Assembly: GCA_964016885.1 (NCBI GenBank)
Contig: OZ024741.1
Coordinates: 348,502,001-348,566,000, forward strand
Direction of reading: 5' to 3'
Source of the DNA: Eledone cirrhosa
Taxonomy: Eukaryota
DNA length: 64,000 nt
In this document: one piece after another, positions 1-12,792 of the stretch
Layout of the letters: each line of letters begins with the position of its first letter
How positions within the stretch are numbered: position 1 is the first letter of the stretch
Made by a program: the position numbers and the translations under genes
The notes under the pieces: generated by a model
The model's input: the letters and a program-made list of their open reading frames with translations, nothing else
Told to the model about the DNA's origin: nothing
Databases searched by the model: none

Positions 1-254
1 TAGGAGATGCAAATAAATTTAAAGGTTGTACACTTTGGTGCTTTTGAATGCTATCCCAACTATTATTTCTTAAATTACTTCAACACTTGTTGCAGGTTGC
101 ATTTTTGTCCGTGTTCGTCTTTTTACATGCAGGTGACGTTTCGAGCGTTTATAGGATCCCAAAATAAAAGCGAAATTAAACATAATCTTAAACACACAGT
201 ACTAAACACACTGATTTTCATCAAGTTCAATCCATTGTTATAAAGCTAGGAAAT

Positions 255-312
255 GATTGTTTTTACTTTTGCCACAAGGCCAACAATTACCGCAGTGCAT
301 TACTGGTGCTTT
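255..312 (-). mobile_element. SINE 3' fragment (tRNA-derived SINE family of this window)
   Basis: Reverse complement matches the family tail ...AGCACCAGTAATGCACTG..GTAATTG.TGGCCTTGTG.CAAAAGTA.AAACAAT seen in full copies (e.g. 7375-7430). Confidence 0.7.
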
Positions 313-721
313 AGTTGGTAATGCACTGTGGTAAAATGCTAGGAAATAATATTCTTCTCTTTTGCTTTTCATTCCCTGAATGGCTTCCAGAAATGTAAGG
401 CACGTTAAAATGAAATTGATTGATTTATGTTTGCTTTTCAAATTTCACAGTGAATAAGAATATGAAAGCCAGAAAGACCATTTGGCTGCTTGAGAATAAT
501 TTATCGCAGACTAGACTCTCCTCCAAACAAGGGTCTTGTGTTTTCTCTACGATCACGTCGATCTCACGGAGAAATTTTCAGTTGGCTTAATAAAAGGACT
601 AGCCAGAAGATCCAGGAACTGTTTGAAAAGGAAGTATCACTCTCATAATAAAAAAATAAAAAATCCACATTTCAGAAATTGTATGAGTATCAAGGACTGA
701 AAGAAGAAAATTCAAGGATGA

Positions 722-931
722 ATGCCTAAGCAATTTGCAAAAGTTGTGATATGGAAAGGTGATAACGGTGGATTTTTTTTAAATTGCACCCAAGACGCTC
801 TCCAAAGAAAGGAAGCTTTTCTTGAGATGCAGTGGAAAGATCGATTGTCTTCATTCCTGACTGGTGTTGATGCAGAAAATATGAGAGCCATTCTGAAGAA
901 GAAGATTCACGGTACGAAAGTAAGAAAGTGA
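722..931 (+). pseudogene. Possible degenerate pogo/Tigger (DDE_1) transposase remnant
   Basis: ORF peptide IWKGDNGGFFLNC...KDRLSSFLTGVDAE resembles the pogo motif IFNxDETGLFxxC...KxRLTVLLxxNAxG. Short and diverged; no TIRs found. Confidence 0.3.
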
Positions 932-1164
932 AATCAGGTTGAAGATGTCCGAGAAAGAAACTCTTGAAAGTTAGTCTTCTAGCTCAGCTGGATGACTAAG
1001 GGACTTAGAAACGCGAGAACATCGGGAGAACTCTGTACGTGTGTTAAGTGGTTTCTTATAGTTGTGGAGATTATTCAATATCCCCCATGTTTACTAGTCA
1101 CTAGGTTTACATGTTTAGTGTTATATATCAATGCACACACACATATACATATCCGAATAAGTGC

Positions 1165-1301
<137 letters not shown>

Positions 1302-1669
1302 TATGTGTGGGTATGTTTATGCATAAGTTAAGCTAATATCCGCTGAAAACTTGCATGCCCATCACTGATGACAGAAGTCTCTGAGCAAAAGCAAATACAA
1401 ACAGGAGTCATGTAGAGCCATGGATGAAACGAACTTACTGAATATTTATGTCTATGAAATATAATGTCAGTATATTTACATCACCGTTGGTGCAATGAAT
1501 GAAATACCTAATGGAATATTTCAGAATGCATTGTCAGTTCGTGTCATAAATATATATTAATATAATATATCAAATATTATAGCGTATGTTGCGTAAAAAT
1601 GTGTATATGTGTGTGAACACAATGACACGTACGTATTCACGGCGACACTCACATATATAAACACACACG

Positions 1670-1748
<79 letters not shown>

Positions 1749-1831
1749 ACACACACACACACACACACACACACGCATATATATATAAATATAAAAACTT
1801 ACCTATATATATATATTTAAACATAAACTTA

Positions 1832-1864
<33 letters not shown>

Positions 1865-1866
<2 letters not shown>

Positions 1867-2295
1867 TTAAGTCGTTTGGAAGCCTCGACAATGCAAATGG
1901 GTAAATCTCATGCGTGGTGTGTATAAGATGTTTGAGATGTGTAGAATGAAGGGAAGAGTATAAAGGATAAAAATAAAAATAACAACACAAGAGAGAGTTA
2001 CTTTGGGAGAGATTTAATAGTCCCTATATGTTTCGGATTCACATCCATCAACTGGGTTTTTTTTTCGGGGTGGGGGAAAAGGTTGTCTGTCGGACAAGTC
2101 CGGAACGCGATATTCAAAACAACAAACAGCGAAAGACGCGTTCCGGACTTTTCAAAGTACACCCACTTACATCTCTCTCTCCACCACCTGACCTTGTTAC
2201 CCGGAGATTTACCCATTTGCATTGTCGAGGCTTCCAAACGACTTAAAGTTATTTACTTATTGTTCCACAATGCTTCAAGCAAACTTCAATACTCT

Positions 2296-2298
<3 letters not shown>
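1865..2298. mobile_element. TA-bounded fold-back element (Penelope pLTR-like)
   Basis: 45-bp perfect inverted repeat 1865-1909 / 2204-2248, a ~50-bp unpaired tail to 2298, and (TA)n on both sides. Degenerate hammerhead-like motif on the minus strand at 2022-2056 (CC CAGTTGA T GGAT GTGA ATCC GAAA CATATA GG). Confidence 0.65.
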
Positions 2299-2370
<72 letters not shown>

Positions 2371-2626
2371 ATAATAATAAATTTGAAGACTAACATCCAA
2401 AGAGGGCCCGATAAGGATAAATATATATCAAATATATAACAACTGTAGAGCAAATATTGATTAAAATAACAGATTAAAGTTTAAGCAAAGAATCGCTGCT
2501 TTCACGTTTAACGGGATCTTCTGAAACTAACAAAGTCAATCTGTGAACGCAGAAGTGAATATTTAAAAAAACGCTGCAACCGGAGGAAGACAAGATGACG
2601 ATACTTTGGTTCGTGGAATCGTTCCC

Positions 2627-2885
2627 TGGCAAAGAACGGGAAAAAACGAATATAATACGTCATTATTTGGAGCGGTGAAAAAAAAATTGCACGCAAAGAC
2701 AAAACCACGTTTATGGTATAAAAGAAGTCGTACACTAATATTCTATTAGGCGGTTTATAGAGAAGTTCTCAGGCAAGGAACGGAAAAAACGAAGATAATA
2801 CGTCATATGTGGAGCACGGAGAACAATTGCACACAAAGACAAAACCACGTAAATGGTATAACTGAAGTTGTAGACTAAAATTCTA
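2627..2885 (+). repeat. Diverged ~145-bp tandem duplication
   Basis: GGCAA.GAACGG.AAAAAACGAA.ATAATACGTCAT...GACAAAACCACGT..ATGGTATAA..GAAGT.GTA.ACTAA.ATTCTA occurs at 2627-2745 and at 2772-2885. Confidence 0.85.
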
Positions 2886-3149
2886 ACTAGGAAACCGAAT
2901 GATTCTCGGCTTCAGAGTTAAGAATAAAGTAAATAAAATACAGAGGTAATTGAGATAAATAAATACATACACGCATCCATATACGTACATACACAAGCAT
3001 ATGCAAAACACTCGACATAGGTATACAAATACACGCACGTACACAAAAAAAAAACCTCAAAAAAAAACGCAAGCACAAACCCCACGCAACGCCTGTACCC
3101 GCACGCATACGAATGTATACACCAAATACACATAAAAATATATATATAT

Positions 3150-3211
3150 ATGTGCGTTTATACATAAAGAAAAATATATATATATGTGTGTGTGTTTGCG
3201 TGTATACATAA

Positions 3212-3242
<31 letters not shown>

Positions 3243-3419
3243 CCTGTGCGTGTATACATAAAAAGATATATATATGTATGTGCGTGTGCGTTTATACATA
3301 AAAAATATATATATATGTGTGTGAGCGTGTATACATAAAAACAAATATATATATATATATGTGTGTGCGTGTATACCTAAACAAATATATATATATGTGT
3401 GGGTGTGTGTATACATAAA

Positions 3420-3454
<35 letters not shown>

Positions 3455-3514
3455 CGTGTATACATAAAAAAATATATATATATATATATTTGTGTTTGTG
3501 CGTGTATACATAAA

Positions 3515-3549
<35 letters not shown>

Positions 3550-3690
3550 CGTGTATACATAAATATATATATAGATATGTGTGTGTGCGTGTATACATAA
3601 ACAAAATATATATACATATGTGTGTGTGCGTGTATACATAAACAAAAAAATATATATATAGATATATGTGTGTGTGTACGTGTATACATA

Positions 3691-3720
<30 letters not shown>
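3150..3720. repeat. Compound minisatellite, unit ~35-50 bp: CGTGTATACATAAAA-(TA)n-(TG)n
   Basis: The core GTGTATACATAAA recurs about 14 times with variable TA and TG blocks between cores. Confidence 0.9.
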
Positions 3721-3721
<1 letters not shown>

Positions 3722-3929
3722 AGCGTGTCTTCAGGAGATATCATTTTTTTCACGTTCTTTGCCAGGGAACGTTTCCACGAACCAGAGATTCGTCTTCCTG
3801 TCTTCCTCCGATTGCAGCGTTTTTTGAAATATCCACTTCTGCGTTTACAGATTGACTTTGTTAGTTTCAGAAGATCCCGTTAAGGGTGAAAGCAGTGATT
3901 CTTTGCTTTAACTTTAATCTGTTATTTTA

Positions 3930-4218
<289 letters not shown>

Positions 4219-4689
4219 TTGTGTGAATACGTAATTGCCCGACACTGTATGTAACTCACTTTGTACCTTACAAATAAACATTAACGCCCGCTTAATTTTT
4301 AAATTATTACAGGGCATAGTTTGAAATGGCACTACTACTACTACTACTACTACTAATACATGTGTGTGTCACTTTGTAATTCGTATGCAACCCAAGTCAT
4401 TATATAAGGAGAATAATCTACATCGGTTAACCCACTCAGTAGAATAAGTTTAGCAATCAATAAAGTACACACATACAACTACACACGCAAGCAAACATGG
4501 TTACATACTCTCACACAAGCATACGCAAATGCACACAGACATGCACAAACACACACACACACACATATGTGTACACATATATATAATTATGATCGTCAAG
4601 TGTCATATTTTATATGCAAACAAATCTACGCTATACGTATCTGTATGTATGGATGGATAAACGGTAGGATGAATGGATGCTTTCAAGAC

Positions 4690-5025
4690 GAGTTCAAATC
4701 CCGCCGAGGTTAACTTTGCCTTTCATCCTTACGGGGTCGATAAAATAACGTACCAGTAATGTACAGGGTGAGTGTTGGCCTTGTGCCAAAAGCAGAAACA
4801 ATTATTTACTTGGCAAGAAATGTCGGTGGATTGGCAGTATCGGTAGAAGATCGGACGTCATGATTTGAAGCATAGAGTTTCCTCCCTTTTTGATCTGAGT
4901 TCAAATCCCGCCGAGGTTAACTTTGCCTTTCATCCTTACGGGATTGATAAAATAAAGTACCAGTAATGTACTGGGATAATTGCTGGACTTGTGCCAAAAG
5001 TAGAAACAATTATTTACTTGGCAAT
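4690..5025 (+). mobile_element. Two tandem tRNA-derived SINE copies
   Basis: A-box-like TGGCAGTATCGGTAGA, B-box GAGTTCAAATCC, conserved core GCCTTTCATCCTTACGGGGTCGATAAAATAAAGTACCAG, and tail GGCCTTGTGCCAAAAGTAGAAACAATTATT. The first copy is 5'-truncated at the B-box. Confidence 0.9.
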
Positions 5026-5039
5026 ATCATTATTTAAGG

Positions 5040-7027
5040 CTGCCGAAATCTTATACTGTGCTCAACACAGAGTATAAGATTTTGGCCAAGGTGTTAGAGA
5101 AGAGGTCGGCGCTTGCCGTCGAGGATTTGGTTGGGGAGGCGCAAACTTGCGCAATCCCAACCAGGTAAATACACGACAACCTCCACCTCGTGCGATACAT
5201 CATAGAGAGGGTCGTGTGTAAACCTGGCTTCGGTGAGGCTCTGATCAATTTAGATCAATCGAAAGCATTCAAAAGGGTCGACCATCGGTACATGGAGGCT
5301 GTCCTCAAGGTATCTGGCTTCGGCCCGTCTTCAGAAGCTGGATCGCTGCAATTCACAGTGGCTTCTGCTCGGTGGTCAAAGTTATTGGCCACCTCTCGGA
5401 ACCGTTTCAAATCTCCCGATCGGTCTGTCAAGGGTGCCCACTCTCCTCTCTTCTGTACGTATTGACTTTCGATCCTTTACTGCGTAAACTGGAGCTGTTG
5501 CAGCGCAACCTGCTCGAACCGGTACGCGGAAAGGCTGTGTTGGCTCATGCGGACGACATCACCGTGATGGTGTCGGACACCTCAGAAATCGAGGTGGTCG
5601 GCAACTTATTGGACGAATATGAAAGGTTGACGGGAGCAAAACTTATCCCGGAAAAGTCGGTGGGATTGCAACTCGGCACCTGGAGAGGCAAGTTCATGCC
5701 GTCCAACAGCGTCATTGGGTGCTGGACAGACGGACCGGTAAAGTTGCTCGAGGTTGGGTTCGGGCCAGACCTCCAGATGGATAGGAATTGGGACGAGGTG
5801 ACGGGCAGGGTAGCCAGTCTCACCCAGAAATGGGCTGCCAGGAAGCTATCACTGAAAGGTCGGGCGGAGGTGGCAAACGCGTACATCGCGTCCGTCATCT
5901 ACTCCCGTCTGACCGTCGTCCCTTGCCCCCATTCGCGCCTAGCCAGCTTGGGACGGCTCCTCTTCAAATTCTTGTGGAGAGGTCAGGTTCCGTTAGTGAG
6001 GCGGTCTTTTCCGCAGCTTGTCTCTTTGACTCAGCTGCAGTCCTAAGTCAAGAAAAGACCGAGACTGTGTGACTGGCATCTGGAATGTTGCCAGGCACTC
6101 ACTGCCCTCTACCAGGTGGGCAATGCGGTCAGTGGAACTTCGACTCTCGAGTTCTATAGAGGATTAGTGGTGGGCAAGTGTTACGACGCACTCGGAGGGG
6201 CTCTGGCAGTCGACGAAGTTGAACTAAGCAGTCTGTTCCGGAGGACTTTCGAGCCGGGGACTATGGATAATTTGCGAAATCCCTCGCATGGCAGTGCTAC
6301 CCGGGTGCACTGCCGGTTCTAGATACATTCTACAGGCACGGAAGTTCTGTCAGACGGACCTGCCCGAGATGCGTGCAGAGCCCCGAAACCGTTCTGCACG
6401 CACTCGTCCAGTGCCCGTGCATTACAGACTTGTGGTGTTATGTCGAACAGATGTTGCCACGTGTAGAACGGATCCAACTATCGGCCGTGTCGGTAGTGAA
6501 GATCGACCCGCCGCCTTCTTTTTCCCAGGATAGGCAAGCAATTTTCCTCTGTCTGGTGGCAGTAGAGAAAGAGGTTGTATGATGGACTAAGTTGAAAGGA
6601 CTGAAGACAGACACTTTTCTCTTCGGCCAATCCCTCATCAACTTGTTCAAGTTTCACTTGGAAAGGAAGGTGAGGGTGGAGAGAGATGTGCTTCCCCCAG
6701 TACATTTGCTGAAAAGTGGGTGAATGTGGCGAGAATGGCCCGTCTGATGGCCTACTCTGATCATGCGCCTGTAGGTGGGTAAATTTGAGGAGGAGATAGG
6801 TGCCCTTCCCAGGTGCTCTCGAAGTGTCGGCTCTTTCAGGATTGGTGGGGTACCTGAGTGAACCCTGGGTGATCATCCCCCCATTAGGGAATTTTTCTTA
6901 TATTTTATTGTTACATGTTATTGTTATTTATATTGTTTACACGTTGTATATATGTATATGTAAACACCCACTGTCCCAGTCTTTTGTATTGCCCCCTATA
7001 TATCGGCCCTTGTGGCCAATAAATGAA
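5040..7027 (+). mobile_element. 5'-truncated Tx1/L1-clade LINE (RT, C-terminal Cys domain and 3' UTR; frameshifted)
   Basis: Peptides LLNTEYKILAK, LINLDQSKAFKRVDH, SVCQGCPLSSLLY, AHADDITV, WAARKLSLKGR and CPRC..ETVLHALVQCP. AATAAA near 7018. 14-bp TSD ATCATTATTTAAGG at 5026-5039 and 7028-7041. Confidence 0.92.
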
Positions 7028-7041
7028 ATCATTATTTAAGG

Positions 7042-7430
7042 GCTGCAGAATCGCAGTGTCGGTAGAGCGTCGGACGCCATGCTTTGAACCATAGGGTTAC
7101 GGCCCTTTATGATCTCAGATCATATCACGCCGAGGTTAACTTTGCCTTTCATCCTTACGGGGTCGATAAGATAAAGTACCAGTCACGCACTGGAGTCGAT
7201 TTAATCGGCTTTCCCCGCCCCCAAATGGTTGGCGTCCGTCCTGGTGGATTGGCAGTATCGGTAGAGGGTCGGACGCCATGCTTTCCAGCATAGTTACGTC
7301 CCTTTACGATCTGAGTTCAAATCTCGCCGAGGTTGACTTTGCCTTTCATCCTTACGGGGTCGATAAAATAAAGTACCAGTAATGCACTGGGTAATTGCTG
7401 GCCTTGTGCCTAAAGTAGAAACAATTATTT
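7042..7430 (+). mobile_element. Two tandem SINE copies
   Basis: Same A/B-box head, core and tail as 4690-5025. Confidence 0.9.
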
Positions 7431-7585
7431 AATTGAGAAAGAAATGTAGGGTAACTTCAATAATTGTTATTCACAAACCTGGCATATATATAGAATATTC
7501 GAATAGAAATTACTTTGCACACACACACATACACGCACACACACACACACGCACACACACACACGCACATACACACACACACACG

Positions 7586-7649
<64 letters not shown>

Positions 7650-7704
7650 TATATATATATATATATATATATACGTACATACGTACATACACACATATAT
7701 GCAT

Positions 7705-8085
7705 ATGAATGGACCTGTTATTTTTATCTAAAGACATTTTTTTTTTCCAATTACAACCCGCCCGTCCCTTCAATCTATTTTATTTCTTATTATTTCTTCT
7801 GGTGAATTGGCAGTATCGGTAGAGGGTTGGACGCCATGCTTTCTAGCATAGTTACGTCCCTTTACGGTCTGAGTTCAAATCCAGCCAAGGTTAACTTTGC
7901 CTTTCATCCTTACGGGGTCGATAAAACAAAGTACCAGTAATGTACTCGATAATTGGTGGCCTTGTGCCTAGAGTTGAAACAATTATTTCTTCTGGTGAAG
8001 GACTAGCGTCCGAAGCGTCAACCTAATATATTCCTTCCATATACTATACCGATTCTGTTGTTATTTCCGTTTACCTTTTACCTAC
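7705..8085 (+). mobile_element. Penelope-like terminus with decayed hammerhead, interrupted by a SINE
   Basis: Homologous to the reverse complement of 43020-43185. Motif CTGGTGA A GGAC TAGC GTCC GAAG CGTC at 7992-8019. Confidence 0.7.
7807..7981 (+). mobile_element. SINE copy with 18-bp target-site duplication
   Basis: ATTATTTCTTCTGGTGAA at 7789-7806 and 7982-7999 flanks a near full-length SINE. Confidence 0.92.
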
Positions 8086-8104
8086 ACACACACACACACA
8101 TACA

Positions 8105-8162
<58 letters not shown>

Positions 8163-8203
8163 CATATACATATATTGATATATATATACATATATATATA
8201 TAT

Positions 8204-8253
<50 letters not shown>

Positions 8254-8939
8254 CTATATATATATATATGCATATGAGTGTGTGTCTGTGTCTGAGTGTG
8301 TGTATATATTAATGTTCTGTCTCTCGTCTGTTACTCCACTGGACAGCCTTCAGCTAACGTCAGACGCTGTAATCTTGGGTTGGCCAGCTGTAACGTTGGT
8401 AGGGGTCGAAACTACTGCCAAAGTCCATCTCAACGGCCGATGACCACGGAGTTCTGTGTGCTTCGTTTATATTTCTATTTTTTAAATATGTTTTTAATGT
8501 TTACCCTTAAAGAATGATTTTCGCTTTGTGATTTGTTTTGTTTCCGTTCTATTTCTTGTTAATTTTATCAAGTTTATATATATATATAAATATATATATA
8601 TATCTTTGGGGTGGGTGAGAGATCTCTTCTCTTGTGAAAATGGGTATAGCTTTCATTATGTAAAATCTCCCCAGTTTACCTCATTTCACCCCGTTATAGG
8701 GCACTTTTTCTCATGGTACACCCCGTTTGTGTTTTTAGAGGGTGTCAGATCTGAAGAGGAAAAAAACAGTGGTAAATTGTAATAAAAACGGGTAAATAAA
8801 ACAATAAAAGTAAAAACGTTATAAAGAGTTATAAAAGATGAACAAGTATAATTGTAATGTAGGTAGTTAATTAAAACATAAACAAGTACATATAGAGTAA
8901 GAAAGTGGTTTAAAAACCTTATTCGTGTGTACATTTATA

Positions 8940-9150
8940 GGTTTATATTGTTACGTTAAGGTGAGTTCTGGTGAAAGAATTCAAAGGAAAGCTATGTGGT
9001 CTTTCCATAATGTATCGCTTACCAGATAACAGTTTATATACACCCATAGCGTTGCTTTCTGCAAACGACAATGTACATATTCTAGCCATGAGAAAAGGTT
9101 CAATCTGCGGGATTGCGTACGGTTTATTAATTTTTATCACATTTGTAAAA
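8940..9150 (-). pseudogene. Possible decayed Penelope GIY-YIG C-terminus
   Basis: PFLMARICTLSFAES...LLSGKRYIMERPHSF loosely parallels PY..SRTCNLCLSKK..IINRRTDLFSLCLH of the 50740-51186 element. Confidence 0.3.
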
Positions 9151-9173
9151 TAAGTTGGATTACTTTGAATAAA

Positions 9174-9360
9174 TAATTGTTTCTACTTTTGGCAAAGGCC
9201 AGCAATTATCCCAGTGTATTACTGGTGCTTTATTTTATCGACCCCGTAAGGATGAAAGGCAAAGTTAACCTCGGCGGGATTTGAACTCAGACCATAAAGG
9301 GAGGAAACTCTATGCTGCAAAATATGGCGTCCGACCCTCTACCGATACTGCCAATCCACC
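9174..9360 (-). mobile_element. Full-length SINE
   Basis: Reverse complement of the head-core-tail consensus. Confidence 0.92.
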
Positions 9361-10066
9361 ATGAATGAATATTAGATAATTTATCTACTCAATTTCGTAA
9401 ACAAAAATAATTTCGTAAAAATAAATAATTTAAAATTGACTTCTTTTCAAAGTTGCACTTCCGGTATATCGTCGCCACCACCACCACTTCAACTACCATA
9501 TATATATAGAAAGAGACAGTGTGTGATGTCAACACTTCCGGTGGCGATCGCTTAAATAAACATACTAATTTTCTCCTAATGCAGTTTATATATAATATCG
9601 TCTTTTTTAATGTATCATGGATTACGTTACTGATTACATAAGACGGCGTAAGTCTTCTTTCAATTTCTGTGTATATTGTCAATCGCGATTTTATTTGATG
9701 TATCATATCTACATGCATATATACCTGCGTTTAATATCAATATACACACCACACAAGCTAGCAGAAAACCACCAGAAGGGTGGTTTTTCTGCTAGTACTA
9801 CATAATAAAGGATAGATGAATTATAACTGTGAATACATTGCGTAGAGTTGATAATTGTAATAACAATATAGAATAGTAAATATAAGTAAATGCTGAAAGA
9901 AATCATTAAGGAGGTAGATTATTGTTTAGTCACATGGGGTTGCGTAACATTACACGTTACATATAAAATATAAAATAAAGACAAAACAATTTATGAAATA
10001 TAAAGTATATAGTCTATGCCACAATATATAATATTTATTTCCTTGGTGTGTCGAGTACAGTTGAAT

Positions 10067-10111
<45 letters not shown>

Positions 10112-10112
<1 letters not shown>

Positions 10113-10170
10113 AATAATAATATATTTAAAGACTAAAATCCAAAGAGGGGTCGATAAGGATAAATAAATA
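10112..10170 (+). mobile_element. Family A terminal fragment in (TA)n
   Basis: AATAATAATA.ATTT.AAGACTAAAATCCAAAGAGGG.TCGATAAGGATAAATA. Confidence 0.8.
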
Positions 10171-10174
10171 TATG

Positions 10175-10242
<68 letters not shown>

Positions 10243-10246
10243 TATG

Positions 10247-10278
<32 letters not shown>

Positions 10279-11294
10279 TAAATAAAGAGAGAAAAGGGGT
10301 GAGAGAGGGGGCAACCCAAAATAAGTATTGATATGTTTGTGTAATCGTTGTTCAAATATATATTAGTTTTACAAGGTCGTGCAGACTCATCTACGGCAAT
10401 AAAACCACGTAAAATGTGTCTATATGGCACACGACATAACCGTTATTACGAAACGAACTGAATCTTCCACTCTTCAAATTTACAATTTTAAAAGTCTAAT
10501 TGACAAACTATAATTGTTTACCATTTTAATCTATCGATCTTTCCCGTTATTTAAATACCCATACATACATGCATAAACAAATACAATATTTTTGTATGCA
10601 TACGTTTTTGAGTCCGTGCGCAATAATGCCTGAGATCGTAGTACAATGATCTATGAACAATCTGTACGTGTGCAGCCGTTATATAAATATTGTCTTCATT
10701 GATTTCACGAAATGATAATGATGGGTTATGACTTCAGTTACCAAATTTTCTTTACTTCGATCTGATATCTGATATGTGATAGCAACCCATTAAACGATAC
10801 TACTGTTTAGTCACACATTCTTGGCATTAGCAATTCACTAATTGATACCATATTGATATACTACATTGACATGTGTAAATCAATAGACAAACGTATGCGG
10901 TTATGTTAGTAATTATTTATCTACTTAAGAAATCAGCCATTTCCCAAAATCTCTATATGTGTTTGTGTATGTGTGTGTGTGTCTGCATGTGTGTGTATGT
11001 GTGTGTATTTGTGTGTGTGTGTGTGTGTGTTTGTGTGTGTGCGTGTGTATGCGTGTGTGTCTGCGCGTATGTGTGTGTGTGTGTTTATCTGTGCATGTTA
11101 TGTGAACGGTTGTGTAAACTTTCACAACAGAAGTGTAAAGCAGAATGAATAAGAGAAGTTAGTGTGTATAAATGAGTGTATATGTGTATAGGCAAATATG
11201 CATGTATATATGTATGTTTGTATGTATATATAAATATATATATATATACATATATATATATACTATATATATATATATATATATATATATTGCT

Positions 11295-11372
11295 CTATGA
11301 TTCTTATATATTTGATATATATTTATCCTTATCGAGGCCTCTTTGGATTTTAGTCTTCAAATATATTATTAT
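11295..11372 (-). mobile_element. Family A terminal fragment
   Basis: Reverse complement of the family A terminus. Confidence 0.8.
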
Positions 11373-11403
11373 AACTATTTGTGCCTAAAGTAGAAACAAT
11401 TAC

Positions 11404-11461
<58 letters not shown>

Positions 11462-11578
11462 GTAATTGTTTCTACTTTTGGCACAAGGCCACCAATTATC
11501 CCAGTGTAGTATTAGTACTTTATTTTATCGACCCCGCAAGGATGAAAGGCAAAGTTAACCTCGGCGGGATTTGAACTC
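11462..11578 (-). mobile_element. 5'-truncated SINE; its tail is also copied inverted at 11379-11403
   Basis: SINE core and tail on the minus strand. TTGTGCCTAAAGTAGAAACAATTAC lies on the other side of the TA tract. Confidence 0.88.
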
Positions 11579-12219
11579 ATATATATATATATATAGTAAT
11601 ATGTATATATATAAATATATATTGGTAAACGGAAAAGAACATGCTGACAAATTGTTCCCAGTGAAAAATTGTTTAATTAGGAATAAGTAAAAATTAATAA
11701 TAGTATTGGTTAGTATTCAGTTTTGGTTTTAAGTTTTACCATGTTGCGCATTTCTAATGCTTTTCAAAAATAATTTTGAGATAGAGCGCCCGTGATGTTT
11801 GCTCTAATCTGATTAGTTTTGGAAATTCTACCTGTTTTATGTGAAAAAAGTGGCTCCAGATGTATTAAAATAAGTTTCGCGCCAATTCGTGTTGCAAAAA
11901 TTCTTGTGGTCAAGACAATTTTGATTGGTCGGTAGAGGTCATGTGAATGTTAAAAATTGATTTTGCGCCAAATGTAGGTTTGTGTCGGCTGATTGAGAAG
12001 TCACTGAAAAATAAGTCTTTCAAAACAAATATGTGTGTGTGTGTGTGTGTGTGTGTAGTAGTAGTATTAAAGAGGTTCGTTGTTGTGATAATGGTCAGCA
12101 GGGATGTGTGCGAACCGCAGCCTGTTGACAGTTCAGATGTTCAAATATATATATATATATATGAGTCCAGAATTAGCCGTCGAAACGGCTTGAGCTCAGC
12201 TGTCGGGGTCTTACTGGTT

Positions 12220-12329
<110 letters not shown>

Positions 12330-12340
12330 GTGTAAATATA

Positions 12341-12700
12341 GTAATAATAATAAATGTGAAGACTAAAATCCAAAGAGGGCTCGATAGGGATAAATATATA
12401 TCAAATATATAAGAAACCTGGAGCAAATATTTATTAAAATAACAGATTAAAGTTTAAGCATAGAATCTCTGCTTTCACCATTAATGAAAAAATGCGAAGT
12501 AATTTCAGATATCAAAACATGTTATTAACAACCCGGTGATCCATATTTCAATAACAATTGTGGCCACTCGATTCTACGTGCCCAGTGGCATGATCTCATC
12601 AGACAGCTTCCTACATAATAAGATTTCGTTCTCGAGGCAATCCAAGTTAACATGACAAGGGAACTGACAAAGATGATGTTCTTGGAGCTGTCACCGGTTC
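12341..12700. mobile_element. Family A terminus fused to a second Penelope-like piece
   Basis: 12341-12485 is family A. The minus strand at 12533-12605 reads GT CTGATGA [hairpin GCCACT..AGTGGC] GAAA TATGGA TC AC, a decayed hammerhead. Confidence 0.6.
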
Positions 12701-12760
12701 CCATATATATATATGTGTGTGTGTGTCTGTGTGTGTGTGTGTGTGTGTATGTGTGTGTGT

Positions 12761-12792
<32 letters not shown>

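Noticed and set aside
1360-1395. CTGATGA followed by a short hairpin (also CTGATGA near 26023)
   Set aside because: No correctly placed GAAA, stem III or stem I.
4690-7990. SINE heads as functional tRNA genes
   Set aside because: A/B boxes are present but there is no cloverleaf. They are followed by the SINE core and tail and are multi-copy.
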